A stretch of 61,692 nt of DNA, the filler included, from Actinomycetota bacterium (GTDB taxonomy: Bacteria; Actinomycetota; Acidimicrobiia; IMCC26256; VFJJ01): NCBI GenBank assembly GCA_009886115.1. It is 5 parts of 5 records of this genome, joined end to end, with 100 filler letters (N's around TTAATTAATTAA, not from the genome) between each part and the next. Parts side by side here need not be neighbours in the genome. Positions count along the whole stretch, not along the records: positions 1 to 9,163 come from VFJJ01000038.1; positions 9,264 to 30,312 come from VFJJ01000031.1; 3 more parts are not named here. One strand, 5' to 3'. The notes beneath the pieces are model-generated. The model had not been told where the DNA came from. It saw only the letters and a list, made by a program, of their open reading frames with translations, and searched no databases. Position numbers and translations under genes: made by a program. Of this stretch, positions 1 through 9,494 are shown piece by piece. Numbering within the stretch: the first letter of the stretch is position 1; the number at the start of each line of letters is the position of its first letter.

Positions 1-27
1 CTCGGAGTCTCGGAGTCTCGGAGTCTC
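1..27. repeat. 8-bp tandem repeat (CTCGGAGT x3)
   Basis: Directly visible; abuts the stop codon of the Rrf2 gene and is cut by the window edge. Confidence 0.85.
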
Positions 28-484
28 AGTGGGGCGTGCGGGCGTCGGGGTTCTCGGCGAGCTTCCTGATCGGGCCCGGGATCCGCGCTTGGGCCACATC
101 GGCCAGGGTGATCGCCTCGAGCACGGCCCGCAGGTTGGCCCGAACGGCGATCCACACCTCGGAGAGCTGAACGGCCGCGCCCTGGTAGGCGAGCTCGTCG
201 GGTCGGATGCCCTGGACCGCGGCCAGCGGGCCCTCGACGGCCCGGATCACATCGGCCAGGGTGATCGTGTCTGCGGGCCGGGCGAGCATGTAGCCGCCAT
301 CAGCGCCGCGGATCGTGCGGACGATCCCCGCGTGGCGGAGCTCTCGCAGGATGTTCTCCAGGAACGGCAAGGGAATGTCCTGTGCCGTCGCCACGGTGGC
401 GCCCTTGACGGGCGTCATCGGTTCGGCGGCTGCGAGCTCGAGCGCTCCGCGGAGCGCGTAGTCGACCTTGGCGGTGATCCTCAT
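26..484 (-). CDS. Rrf2 family transcriptional regulator (Cys-less, CymR-like)
   Basis: MRITAKVDYALRG...FLENILRELRHAGIVRTIRGADGGYMLARPADTITLADVIRAVEGP is the Rrf2 wHTH signature. No Fe-S Cys triad. Start trimmed to ATG 484. Confidence 0.93.
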   Translation of the reverse strand: MRITAKVDYALRGALELAAAEPMTPVKGATVATAQDIPLPFLENILRELRHAGIVRTIRGADGGYMLARPADTITLADVIRAVEGPLAAVQGIRPDELAYQGAAVQLSEVWIAVRANLRAVLEAITLADVAQARIPGPIRKLAENPDARTPH

Positions 485-552
485 GGTCCGGTGATTCTCG
501 CCCAGGCGACAGGGGCGGCGCCTCACCACTCGGGTACGTGACGGGCATCGGC

Positions 553-581
553 TTGACAGATGGCCGCTCATCTTCTATATT
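553..581 (+). promoter_or_regulatory. Sigma70/SigA-type promoter for the TauE/SafE gene
   Basis: TTGACA (553-558), 17-bp spacer, TATATT (576-581), in an otherwise GC-rich region. Confidence 0.75.
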
Positions 582-603
582 GTCGATCGGTTTAGTTGGG
601 TAT
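579..603. promoter_or_regulatory. Putative Rrf2-family operator
   Basis: ATTGTCGATCGGTTTAGTTGGGTAT; its reverse complement matches the IscR type-1 consensus ATASYYGACTRWWWYAGTCRRSTAT at 20/25 positions (manual count). It overlaps the -10/+1 region next to an Rrf2 gene. Confidence 0.55.
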
Positions 604-625
604 CCGATCGAGGAGAACGACCGGC

Positions 626-1540
626 ATGGATGACCTCATCGTCGTGGCGCTCGCGGGGTTCTTCGCCTCGATGGTCGACGGCGCGCTCGGCATGGGGTTC
701 GGACCGACGTCGTCGAGCATCCTGTTGAGCAGTGGTATCAGCCCCGCTGCGGCGTCGCTGACGGTCAACATCGCCAAGGTCGCCACGGGCCTGGCGGCCG
801 GGGTCTCGCACTGGCGGTTCCGCAACGTCGACCGCCGATTGGTGCTCGACCTGGCGATCCCCGGAGCCATCGGGGCCCTCATCGGCACGACGGTCCTGGC
901 CAACGTCGACGGTGACGCGATACGCCCCGTCCTGGCCATCGTGCTCCTGGTTGTCGGGCTGCGCATCCTGATCCGGTTCAGCCGACCCCTCCCGGTCGCC
1001 CGCAGCGTCGAGCCCGAGCCCGGCTCCGATCGGCGGGCACCGGCCTTCGACGAGCGGGGCGTCCGGGTCGCAGCGACGGCCGGGGGCGTCACCAACGGCC
1101 TGGTCGGAGCGTGGGGTCCGGTCGTCACCCCGTTCCTGCTCCATCGCGGGCTCGCTCCCCGCTACGCCATCGGGTCGGTCAACACCGCCGAGGTCGCTGT
1201 GGCGATCGTGTCCGCCGGTTCGCTCATCACTTCACTCGGAGGCGAGGGCCTGGAGGCCGGCGTGGTCCTGGCCATGCTGGGCGGCGGGGTCGTCGCCGCT
1301 CCCCTCGCCGCCTACGTCGTGCGGTTCTTCGCACCCCGGCTGCTCGGCCTGGCTGTCGCCGCCTTGTTGCTCCTCACCCAGAGTCGCGAGCTGGCGAACA
1401 CGGGCAACCTGCCGTTCACCCGCTGGCTTGCGTACGCCGGGGTCCTGGTCACACTGAGCCTGGCCGCGATGCGACCCCGCATCGATGAGGCCAGGGCGCT
1501 TCGTCGCTCGACGGGCGTCTCGACGCGACCGACCGTGTGA
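626..1540 (+). CDS. Sulfite exporter TauE/SafE family membrane protein
   Basis: MVDGALGMGFG, SHWRFRNVD and GSVNTAE motifs; multiple TM helices; GAGGAG SD upstream. Confidence 0.9.
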   Translation: MDDLIVVALAGFFASMVDGALGMGFGPTSSSILLSSGISPAAASLTVNIAKVATGLAAGVSHWRFRNVDRRLVLDLAIPGAIGALIGTTVLANVDGDAIRPVLAIVLLVVGLRILIRFSRPLPVARSVEPEPGSDRRAPAFDERGVRVAATAGGVTNGLVGAWGPVVTPFLLHRGLAPRYAIGSVNTAEVAVAIVSAGSLITSLGGEGLEAGVVLAMLGGGVVAAPLAAYVVRFFAPRLLGLAVAALLLLTQSRELANTGNLPFTRWLAYAGVLVTLSLAAMRPRIDEARALRRSTGVSTRPTV

Positions 1541-1646
1541 CTCCTCCTCGCCCGACGACCGTCCGAAGGGACCGGTCCGCCTGGCGAGGGTTGGGCGGTC
1601 CCGTCAACCTCCAGTCAGCTCGGGCCGACCGGTACGATCGGTCACC

Positions 1647-2783
1647 ATGAAGGCGCTCGAACGGGCAACTCGCTTGCATCGAAACCGGTGGGGTGAGCCG
1701 GGCCTCGTCGTGCGAGCGCCCGGCCGCGTGAACCTGATCGGAGAGCACACCGACTACAACGACGGGTTCACCCTGCCGATGGCATTGCCGTTCGACACGG
1801 TGCTGGCGATCAGCTCGCACTCCAGCCCTCGCCGGAGCACGGTCACCATCGAATCGGAAGGATTCGGGCTCGTCGAGATCGATCCTGCCGACGATCCCGC
1901 AACCGTCGTTCCCTGGGCGATCCATCTGGCCGGCGTGATCGCCCTGCTCGCCGAGCACGGGATCGGGACCGGCGGCTGGCGGGCTGGAATTGCGACAGAT
2001 GTTCCCACCGGGGCCGGCTTGTCGTCGTCGGCGGCGCTGGAGGTCGCGACCATCACCGGTCTGCTGGCTCGGGCCGGCAGGGCGTGGAAGCCGATCGACG
2101 TGGCGTTGCTCGGACAACGTGTCGAACACGAGGTGGTCGGAGTTCGAACCGGGATCATGGATCAGTTCATCTCGGCCGGCGCGGTGCTCGGGCACGCGAG
2201 CCTCATGGATTGCCGCGCCCTCTCCCTCGACCATCGCCCGCTCCCTGGCGGCGCGGTGATCGCCATCATGGACACGGGTACGCGCAGAGTGCTCGCTGAA
2301 GCCGCGTATGGCGAGCGGCGAGACCGCTGCGAGCGGGCGGCCAAGGAGCTCGACGTTCGAGCCCTGCGGGATGCCACCGTCTCGAGCGTGGCGAGGATCA
2401 CCGACCCGATCACCAGACGCCGGGCTCTGCACGTGGTCACCGAAGATCAACGCACGCTCGACGCGGCCGCAGCCATGCAGTCCGGCAACATGGTCGAGCT
2501 CGGTCGACTCATGAGCGAGAGCCACGCCAGCCTGCGGGACGACTTCGAGGTGTCGGGCCCCGGTCTCGACCAGATCGTCGAGGCGGCGCTCGCTGCTCCC
2601 GGGTGCCTCGGGGCCCGAATGACCGGCGGGGGTTTCGCCGGATGTGCGGTGGCGCTCGTCGATGCTCGCACCGTGGACGAGTTCACCGCGCACGTGCTGT
2701 CGAGCTATCAGTTCGACGGCCACCGCGCCCAGATCTGGACCTGTACCCCTGCCGCGGGCGCGTCCGTGTTGACGCCCTCATGA
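1647..2783 (+). CDS. galK: Galactokinase
   Basis: APGRVNLIGEHTDYNDG, PTGAGLSSSAA and GARMTGGGFAG GHMP motifs. Confidence 0.95.
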   Translation: MKALERATRLHRNRWGEPGLVVRAPGRVNLIGEHTDYNDGFTLPMALPFDTVLAISSHSSPRRSTVTIESEGFGLVEIDPADDPATVVPWAIHLAGVIALLAEHGIGTGGWRAGIATDVPTGAGLSSSAALEVATITGLLARAGRAWKPIDVALLGQRVEHEVVGVRTGIMDQFISAGAVLGHASLMDCRALSLDHRPLPGGAVIAIMDTGTRRVLAEAAYGERRDRCERAAKELDVRALRDATVSSVARITDPITRRRALHVVTEDQRTLDAAAAMQSGNMVELGRLMSESHASLRDDFEVSGPGLDQIVEAALAAPGCLGARMTGGGFAGCAVALVDARTVDEFTAHVLSSYQFDGHRAQIWTCTPAAGASVLTPS

Positions 2784-2804
2784 TCCGCTCGAACATCGGC
2801 ATCG

Positions 2805-5666
2805 CTAGCGAACGCTGAGCCGATACCCGAACTCGAACCGACCGGCAGGCAGTCGATGGTGCGGGAGCACGTCAGGGCCGCAACTCGCAGTGCCAAGGCC
2901 ACGATGGGCGATGTCGACACAGACGATGACGTCGTCACGGCGAACCAACTCGGTCGCCGTTGCTGCGCGGTACAGGTCGGCCGGGAAGTGATGGGTCGCC
3001 GACACGTGAACGACGCAGTCCAAGGGGTCGATGCGAAACGTCTCGCCCGACGAGCTGTCGATCAGCTCGAACCATCGACACCCGGTGCGCAGCCCGAACT
3101 CTTGCGGAACCAGGTACGGGGACTCGTCGATCCTCCCCTCCCAGCTTCCGAGCATCGCCGAACGGTTGCGATCCGGGTAGTTCTCGTGTGGGCCGCGACC
3201 GAACCAGCGCATGGTGTCGAACCGACCGGGAATCGCGAAGATCACCCCGACCCGAGGCAGGTCGACCATCGAATCCGGGACGTCGACGACGTGGCGGTAC
3301 CGCAATCCGTATCTGTCGTCGGAGACAGCTACGACGTGGTCGACCAGATCGTCAGCGCTCATGCGGTCGAGACCCATCTCCTGCCATGACCGCAGCGCCT
3401 GGCCGCCGACTCGCAATCGCTGTGCGAGATCGGGCATCAACTTGAACCCGTCGTTGTCGGTCGGGGCGCGAAACAGATTGAGCTTCGGAGCTGCCAGGAG
3501 CACGTCGGCAGCTGATCGACCCACGCCGCGGGGGAACGTCGTGCGCCGACGCAACGCGATCTGATCCCACGCCACGAGATGGACGGCCGGCGCGTACCAG
3601 TCGTCACGGCGCGTCTCCCACCGAACTGCCAGGTGAACTTCCGCAGTACCCCGGGGAATGTCGCAGGGCATCGGGACGGTGACCGAAGAGCGCGGAGCGA
3701 CATCCGGTACCTTCCAAGAGCCCCGGCGGGTCACCTCGCCGTCGACGCTCAGCTCCCAATGGGCCCGAAGCCAGCCGAGATCGACGAACGACTGCCGGTT
3801 CTCGATCTGGAGGTCTCGGCCGACACTCGTCACGGTGACGGGTCGATGCACCCAGGCCACCTCGCGCATCGCCGGATGCGGCTCGATGTCGGCAGAGACG
3901 AGACCGTCGGCGACGAAGTTGCAGTCGTGGGGTGTGTCGCCGAACTGCCCGCCGTAGGCCAGCCGAACCGTTCCGTCCGGTCGTCGTTGACGCAGCGCTT
4001 GATCCTTCCACTCCCAGAGGAAACCCCCCTGCAATCCGGGTGTCGCCACGATGGCATCCCAATAGTCGGCCAGAGATCCGTTCGAGTTCCCCATGGCGTG
4101 GCTGTACTCGCACATGATCAACGGACGGTCGCCGACACCGGCCTCGCCGTACTCTCGTATGGCCGCGATCCCGGGGTACATCGGGCACGTGACATCGGTG
4201 ACCGGACGCCCGCCGTCGATCCAACCCTCGATGCGCACGGCCTCCTCGTAGTGCAGCGGCCGCGAGGGATCAGCCGTGCGAATCCATCCTGCGAGCGCGG
4301 TGTGGTTGGCTCCGTAGCCGCTCTCGTTGCCCAGGCTCCAAAGGATGATCGAGGCGTGGTTGCGATCGCGCTGGATCATTCGTGCACCGCGCTCGAGCCA
4401 CGCCGAGCGGTAGGCGGGGTCGTCGCAGAGGCTGAGGTTGTGGCCGTGGCTCTCGATGTTGGCCTCGGCGACGACGTAGAAGCCGAGCTCGTCGCAGAGG
4501 TCGAGGAAGGCGGTGTCGTTCGGGTAGTGCGAGGTGCGAATGGCCGTGATGTTGTGCGCCCGCATGGCCACCAGGTCGGCCCGCATGTCGTCGACGGTGA
4601 CCGCTTTCCCGCGGTCGGGGTGGTGGTCGTGGCGGTTCACGCCGAAGATCCACACCGGCTGCCCGTTGACGAGCAACTGGCGATCACGGATCTCGACCCG
4701 CTTGATGCCGACTCGCACGTGCTCGACCTGGCGCACCACGCCGGACGGATCGAGCAGCTCGACGATCACCGTGTAGCGGCGCGGCGTCTCGGCGCTCCAG
4801 GCCCGGGCGTTCGGAACGTCCCAGGTGGCTGCCACGTGGTGGCCACGGAACACGTTGGGCTCGGCCGCGACATGAGGTACCGACCCGGTGTGGGAGCGCC
4901 CGATCGCTCGATCCGACGGCGACTGCAACGACGACCGCACGCTCCATCCGCCGACGGGCGCTCCGCCGAAATCGACACTCGTCGTGACAGCGACCACGCC
5001 GGTTCCCGCCTTCGGGTCGAACGTCGTGGTGACGGGGATGTCGGCGATCGACACGCGGCAGCGCGACTCGATCCACACCGAGCGATGGAGGCCGGCCATC
5101 CACCACTGGTCCTGATCCTCGATGTAGCTGTGGGCGCTGTAGCGGATCACGACGATCGCCAGTTCGTTCTCGCCCCGCCGGGCGACCTCGCTGATGTCGT
5201 ACTCGCTGGGCAGGCGACTGTCGGTTCCGTATCCGAGAAACCGGCCATTGACGTACACCGCGTGCACGCTCTCGGCCCCGGCGACGTGCAACACCGTGCG
5301 CCGCTTCAGCCACCGAGCAGGGAGGGAGAACCCTCGTCGGTACACGCCGGTCGGGTTCCGGTCGGGCAGACGCGGTGGCGGCCCCGGAAACGGCATCTGG
5401 ATGTTCGTGTAGTGCGGCCCGTCGACGAACGAGCCGGTTTCGTGCATCGTCCAGTTCCCCGGCACGTCGGCGTCGAAAGCGCGTGATCGGACGCCAACCA
5501 GCGACTCGGCAGGAACATCATCGGGACGATCGAACAACTCCAGTGACCACACGCCGTCGAGCAGTCGCCGCTCGACCCCGCTGAAAGGTGTGTGCATCGG
5601 CAACCGGCCGAGCTGGAGCTGGGTGGGGTCGCACCAGGGCCGCAGCTCGCCGATCACCGGTAGCAT
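2805..5666 (-). CDS. lacZ: Beta-galactosidase, glycoside hydrolase family 2
   Basis: GVNRHDHHP, IRTSHYPN, RDRNHASIILWSLGNE and CEYSHAMGNS catalytic motifs; C-terminal Bgal small-chain-like region. Confidence 0.95.
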   Translation of the reverse strand: MLPVIGELRPWCDPTQLQLGRLPMHTPFSGVERRLLDGVWSLELFDRPDDVPAESLVGVRSRAFDADVPGNWTMHETGSFVDGPHYTNIQMPFPGPPPRLPDRNPTGVYRRGFSLPARWLKRRTVLHVAGAESVHAVYVNGRFLGYGTDSRLPSEYDISEVARRGENELAIVVIRYSAHSYIEDQDQWWMAGLHRSVWIESRCRVSIADIPVTTTFDPKAGTGVVAVTTSVDFGGAPVGGWSVRSSLQSPSDRAIGRSHTGSVPHVAAEPNVFRGHHVAATWDVPNARAWSAETPRRYTVIVELLDPSGVVRQVEHVRVGIKRVEIRDRQLLVNGQPVWIFGVNRHDHHPDRGKAVTVDDMRADLVAMRAHNITAIRTSHYPNDTAFLDLCDELGFYVVAEANIESHGHNLSLCDDPAYRSAWLERGARMIQRDRNHASIILWSLGNESGYGANHTALAGWIRTADPSRPLHYEEAVRIEGWIDGGRPVTDVTCPMYPGIAAIREYGEAGVGDRPLIMCEYSHAMGNSNGSLADYWDAIVATPGLQGGFLWEWKDQALRQRRPDGTVRLAYGGQFGDTPHDCNFVADGLVSADIEPHPAMREVAWVHRPVTVTSVGRDLQIENRQSFVDLGWLRAHWELSVDGEVTRRGSWKVPDVAPRSSVTVPMPCDIPRGTAEVHLAVRWETRRDDWYAPAVHLVAWDQIALRRRTTFPRGVGRSAADVLLAAPKLNLFRAPTDNDGFKLMPDLAQRLRVGGQALRSWQEMGLDRMSADDLVDHVVAVSDDRYGLRYRHVVDVPDSMVDLPRVGVIFAIPGRFDTMRWFGRGPHENYPDRNRSAMLGSWEGRIDESPYLVPQEFGLRTGCRWFELIDSSSGETFRIDPLDCVVHVSATHHFPADLYRAATATELVRRDDVIVCVDIAHRGLGTASCGPDVLPHHRLPAGRFEFGYRLSVR

Positions 5667-5687
5667 CGAACAGCTCCAGTTGGTTCG

Positions 5688-6530
5688 TCAGCCGAGGGCG
5701 CGGAGTCGTTCGGCGATGTCCTCGGGGATGACGGGGTTGAAGTATTCCTCGCTGGCCACCTCGGCCGCGGCGATGAAGCGTTGCACGCCAGCCCAGCGCC
5801 ACGGCGAGACGATCTCGACGTTGAACCATGCGTCTTCGAAGCCCACGTCGACCGTCGGACGCTGATTGAGCCACATCATGTACGGCAACGGCTGGTCGTA
5901 CAGCCGGTCGAGGCGGGCGAGCACGTCGATCAAGATCGACGCGAACGCCTCACGACTCGCTGCGCTCATCGACGGCAGATCGGCAATGCGATCGAGCGGC
6001 ACGATCTCGATGGCGACCGGAAACGTCGGAGCGTAGGGCACATCGGCCCGCCAGCCGTCTCGCTCGACGACGAGTCGATGCGCCGGCGAAGCATCGGGCG
6101 CCCAGTGACCGGCCAACCGACGGCTCTGACGACTGGGGACCTGGTCGTAGGCGTAGATCTGCCCGTGGGGATGGGCGATCGTCGCCCCGACCTCCGGGCC
6201 CCGATTCTCGAACACCAAGACGTAGTCGACGTCGGCGCGGCCGCCCAGCTCTGCCGTTCGATCGGACCACAGGTCGATGACGTTGCGCGCTCCGGCGCTA
6301 CCGAGCGAAGCGAACGTCGCGTCGTGCAGCGGCGTGTAGAGCACGACCTCGCAGCGGTCGTCGGGCATCGCCGGCCACCGGTTGCGGAACCATCGGACAT
6401 CGTACGGCTCGGGCGCTTCCAATCCGCCCACGCAGAACGGGCAACCCGTCGAGGGGAGGTTCGGGCGCTCCTGGCGCGTACCGACAACGCGCACCACCGT
6501 GCCGAGCACGGAGTCGATGCGGGTTTCCAT
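5688..6530 (-). CDS. galT: Galactose-1-phosphate uridylyltransferase (short GalT-like)
   Basis: CPFC, FENRG and HPHGQ catalytic motif; adjacent to lacZ and galK. Confidence 0.88.
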   Translation of the reverse strand: METRIDSVLGTVVRVVGTRQERPNLPSTGCPFCVGGLEAPEPYDVRWFRNRWPAMPDDRCEVVLYTPLHDATFASLGSAGARNVIDLWSDRTAELGGRADVDYVLVFENRGPEVGATIAHPHGQIYAYDQVPSRQSRRLAGHWAPDASPAHRLVVERDGWRADVPYAPTFPVAIEIVPLDRIADLPSMSAASREAFASILIDVLARLDRLYDQPLPYMMWLNQRPTVDVGFEDAWFNVEIVSPWRWAGVQRFIAAAEVASEEYFNPVIPEDIAERLRALG

Positions 6531-6569
6531 GAATCGTTCCATTGCCGCCTGGCGGGGTCTCAGAGGTGG

Positions 6570-6601
6570 ATGTAACGGAGCGCTGTATGAGGAAGTGACA
6601 T
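6570..6601. promoter_or_regulatory. Possible sugar-regulon operator upstream of galT
   Basis: Imperfect inverted ATGTAAC...GTGACAT enclosing AGCGCT, a LacI-type core. Confidence 0.25.
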
Positions 6602-6638
6602 CGACGCAGGTGGCCTGCGGGCGACCGCGTCGGGTCGA

Positions 6639-7136
6639 TCAGCGGAGCGGGTCGCCTGTCGCTGGATCGAAGAAGTGGGCGAGGTGGGTCTTGATGCCGA
6701 GGGTCACGTCGTCGCCGGCCCGCACGGCGTGGATGCCTTCGACCCGGGCGATCAGTCTCGTGACCGACGACGAGACCTCTTCGCCGTCGTCGGCGGTCAC
6801 GGGTGCGCCCTCCAACTCGACGGGCGGGACGTCGAGTGTCGCGTGCACGTGGACTTCGGCACCCATCGCTTCGGCGAGGTCGACAACCAGGGTGAGCTTC
6901 TGGTCATCGGGCAGATCGGGATCGCCGTCCATCACGAAGTGCTCCGGCCGGAACCCGACGATGACCGATGTGCCGATCCTCTCGGCCACCTTGGGGTAGC
7001 GGTCGATCGCCTTGGGGTCGATGGCGATGTCGCGGTCGCCAGGCGGAACCTCGATGAGGAGATCGAGCGACTGGACCGCACTGGGACCGTCGCCCTTGTG
7101 CTGCTTCGTGACGCCGCTGAACGACACTGCTGCCAT
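6639..7136 (-). pseudogene. Internally deleted sugar ABC ATPase (MalK/MsmX-like)
   Basis: The N-terminus (MAAVSFSGVTKQ...AVQSLDLLIE) is joined in frame to the C-terminal OB/TOBE region (VIVGFRPEHF...EAMGAE...AHFFDPATG). Walker A/B and LSGGQ are absent. Confidence 0.8.
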
Positions 7137-7148
7137 GGATTCGTTCCT

Positions 7149-7301
7149 CTACTTGAGACCGCTCGAAGCGGAGTTCTCGAGCGAGTGTTGCGTGCGCCGC
7201 AGGGTGCCGCCGGTGACCACGATCGTGAAACGCGGGTGAGCCGCTTCGAGCAGCAGCGCGATCTTGATGCCGTTGGTGAGCACCGTGAGCTCGTCCAGAT
7301 C
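7149..7301 (-). pseudogene. DeoR/GlpR regulator fragment
   Basis: LTVLTNGIKIALLL...TIVVTGGTLRRTQHSL is an internal piece of the DeoR sensor domain; no HTH and no C-terminus. Confidence 0.7.
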
Positions 7302-7482
7302 TGAGCGGTCGAACGCCGACGCGAGCTCGCCTTCCGGGCCGCGACCGCGTTTGCACCCATCGAGGGCTGGCGCGAAGGGGTGATGCGGCCGGCGCGTCAC
7401 GGCGACCTGGCAGCCTCGTGGGCCGAGTGCCGCGGCATGAACGACGTGCGAACCAGAAGGCACTCGACGAACCCGAGTCCGA

Positions 7483-8457
7483 TCAGCGTGATCTGATGAA
7501 GCGACGGAAGGCGTGGATGCCCCAGTTGTCCTCGTCCTCGCCGATGAGGTCGATGCCGTCCATGGTCCAGCGTGTCTGGCACTCCCACACGAGCAGGCTG
7601 GGATAGAGGTTGACGACGAAGCGGTTGACGTTCATGCCCTCGATGTGAGCGGTACGGCCCTGCTCGTCGACGACATCGATGCGCATCGCGATGGGGCACG
7701 CGTTCTTGGGGTCGCGCTCCACGATGGTGCGCCTGGCTTCGGTCAGCTTGGCACTGACACCGTCGCGAAAGAGGATGCCATCGATCAGGGAGTACTCCAG
7801 GAACTCGTCATCGTCGTTGGTCGAGAGCAGGAAGAAGCCATCATCCGAGTTGAGCGAGGTGCCCCACGTGTAGCCCACTGACGGGAAGGGCCCGACACCC
7901 TGGCCGAATTGCGACCGGGGTGACCAGGTCCGGTCGCGGAAGCCGACCCCGTTGATCTCGATCGTCTCGCCGTCCAACACCAGGGTCCCGGTGATGCGTC
8001 CGGGCTGGTCCATGTGGTTTCCGGACTTCGCCCGGTTGGCCGGCACGATGCCCTCCCAGATCACGTCGAGGTGGACGTCCTCGCCGTCGGGGCAGTCGAA
8101 TCCGATGGCGTACTTCTGGAGGGACTCCAGGGTCTTGTAGCGCAGTCCGTTCGGCAGCTGGAGGTCGTGAAGGGGCTGGCGGGGGAACGGCAGATGCCAG
8201 AAGTTCTTTGCGTACCGGCAGTTCCACCACTGGTCCCCGGTGTCGTCCCAGATGTAGACGCCGGCCGAGCACACGTCGAGGTTCGTCTGGAAGAACGGAT
8301 ACAGCTGGATGGTGAGCAACCGGTCGGGGATGACCATCGCGAACCAGTTCGTCTCGGTCCAGAAGTAGTCGAGCGTCGTCGGCACGTGGAAGCCGTCATC
8401 GACGGTGAGGCGGGCACCGATGCTGGGCAAGCGTTGGGCCGCCGACGGCTCAGTCAC
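7483..8457 (-). CDS. Hypothetical beta-rich protein of the type paired with APH-family phosphotransferases
   Basis: GTG start after AAGGAG SD; WTETNWF, HMDQPG and GFRDRTWSPR motifs; codon usage typical of this DNA. Confidence 0.75.
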   Translation of the reverse strand: MTEPSAAQRLPSIGARLTVDDGFHVPTTLDYFWTETNWFAMVIPDRLLTIQLYPFFQTNLDVCSAGVYIWDDTGDQWWNCRYAKNFWHLPFPRQPLHDLQLPNGLRYKTLESLQKYAIGFDCPDGEDVHLDVIWEGIVPANRAKSGNHMDQPGRITGTLVLDGETIEINGVGFRDRTWSPRSQFGQGVGPFPSVGYTWGTSLNSDDGFFLLSTNDDDEFLEYSLIDGILFRDGVSAKLTEARRTIVERDPKNACPIAMRIDVVDEQGRTAHIEGMNVNRFVVNLYPSLLVWECQTRWTMDGIDLIGEDEDNWGIHAFRRFIRSR

Positions 8458-8489
8458 CGGTGTCTCCTTGTCTTTGTTGTCAGAGGTTC

Positions 8490-9163
8490 TCAGAGCGACT
8501 CGAGCTCGCGCCGCAACCGGGGGACGACCCCGTTCACCGTCTCGAGGTCGACGTCGGTGGGAATCCCACGCACCGCGCGCGTCTGGCGCAGAATGCGGTG
8601 GACCTCCGCGGCCATCTTCGCCAGCGCGAACACGTGCCACCAGTTCGTGCCGACCATCTCGCGACCAAGGAGCTGCTCGTACACACCCACGGTCTCGTCG
8701 CGAGACGGGAATCCGTCGATGCGGGGCACCTGGAACATCTCCGCGAGCACGGCGTCGACGGCGAGGAGATTCATCAGGTCCTCCTCGGCCGGACCGACGC
8801 CACAGAGCTCCCAGTCGAACAGGGCCACGACCTCGAACCCGCGAAACATCACGTTGCCGAGCTTGGCGTCGCCCCAGCCGATCGACAGGACGTCCGGACG
8901 CGGCGGCCTCGTAGCCAGCAACACGTCCCACGCATGCATGAGCGTCGGGGGCGGCTCGTCATCATCGGAGGCCCAGTCGGTGTACTCGCGCCACTGACGG
9001 ACACGCTCGGCCGCGGCGTCGGCGTCGAGCTCCATGCCCCAACGGCTCACGGTGAGATACCCGAAGTGGGCCGCGACGTCGACGCGGTGCAGCTTGGCCA
9101 TGGCATCGAGCGTCGACAGCCAGAGCTGCCGACGCTGCTGGGATGTCGCAGCGGCGACCCACC
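8490..9163 (-). CDS. Aminoglycoside phosphotransferase (APH) family protein, 5' partial
   Basis: WGDAKLGNVMF...ALFDWEL catalytic loop and metal-binding motifs; cut by the linker. Confidence 0.85.
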
Positions 9164-9263
9164 NNNNNNNNNNNNNNNNNNNNNNNNNNNNNNNNNNNNN
9201 NNNNNNNTTAATTAATTAANNNNNNNNNNNNNNNNNNNNNNNNNNNNNNNNNNNNNNNNNNNN
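9164..9263. other. Artificial contig linker
   Basis: 44 N + TTAATTAATTAA (stops in all six frames) + 44 N. Confidence 0.99.
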
Positions 9264-9430
9264 TCGACACAACCCCCGCTGACCGAGCCCGCGACCTCGC
9301 CCCGATCGTTGACCGCCAGCACAGCGCCCGGACCACGCGGCGAGGAGCCGTCGACGGCCACGACGGTCCCGGTCGCTACCTCGCAGCCGTCGGCCAGCCA
9401 CCGCTCGATGTCAGCCAGGATCTCTCTCAT
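9264..9430 (-). CDS. XdhC/CoxI family molybdoenzyme maturation protein, 3' partial
   Basis: VVAVDGSSPRGPGAVLAV...GSVSGGCV motif; cut by the linker. Confidence 0.88.
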
Positions 9431-9494
9431 CGCACCTTCTCCTCCTTGCGTGCGGGCACCGAGCGCCTCACACGCGGCGAGCTGCTCGTGGTCT

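Noticed and set aside
8490..9163. Antibiotic-resistance interpretation of the APH-family gene and the GNAT at 30881
   Set aside because: Both belong to broad, mostly metabolic subfamilies; nothing in the sequence specifies a drug substrate.
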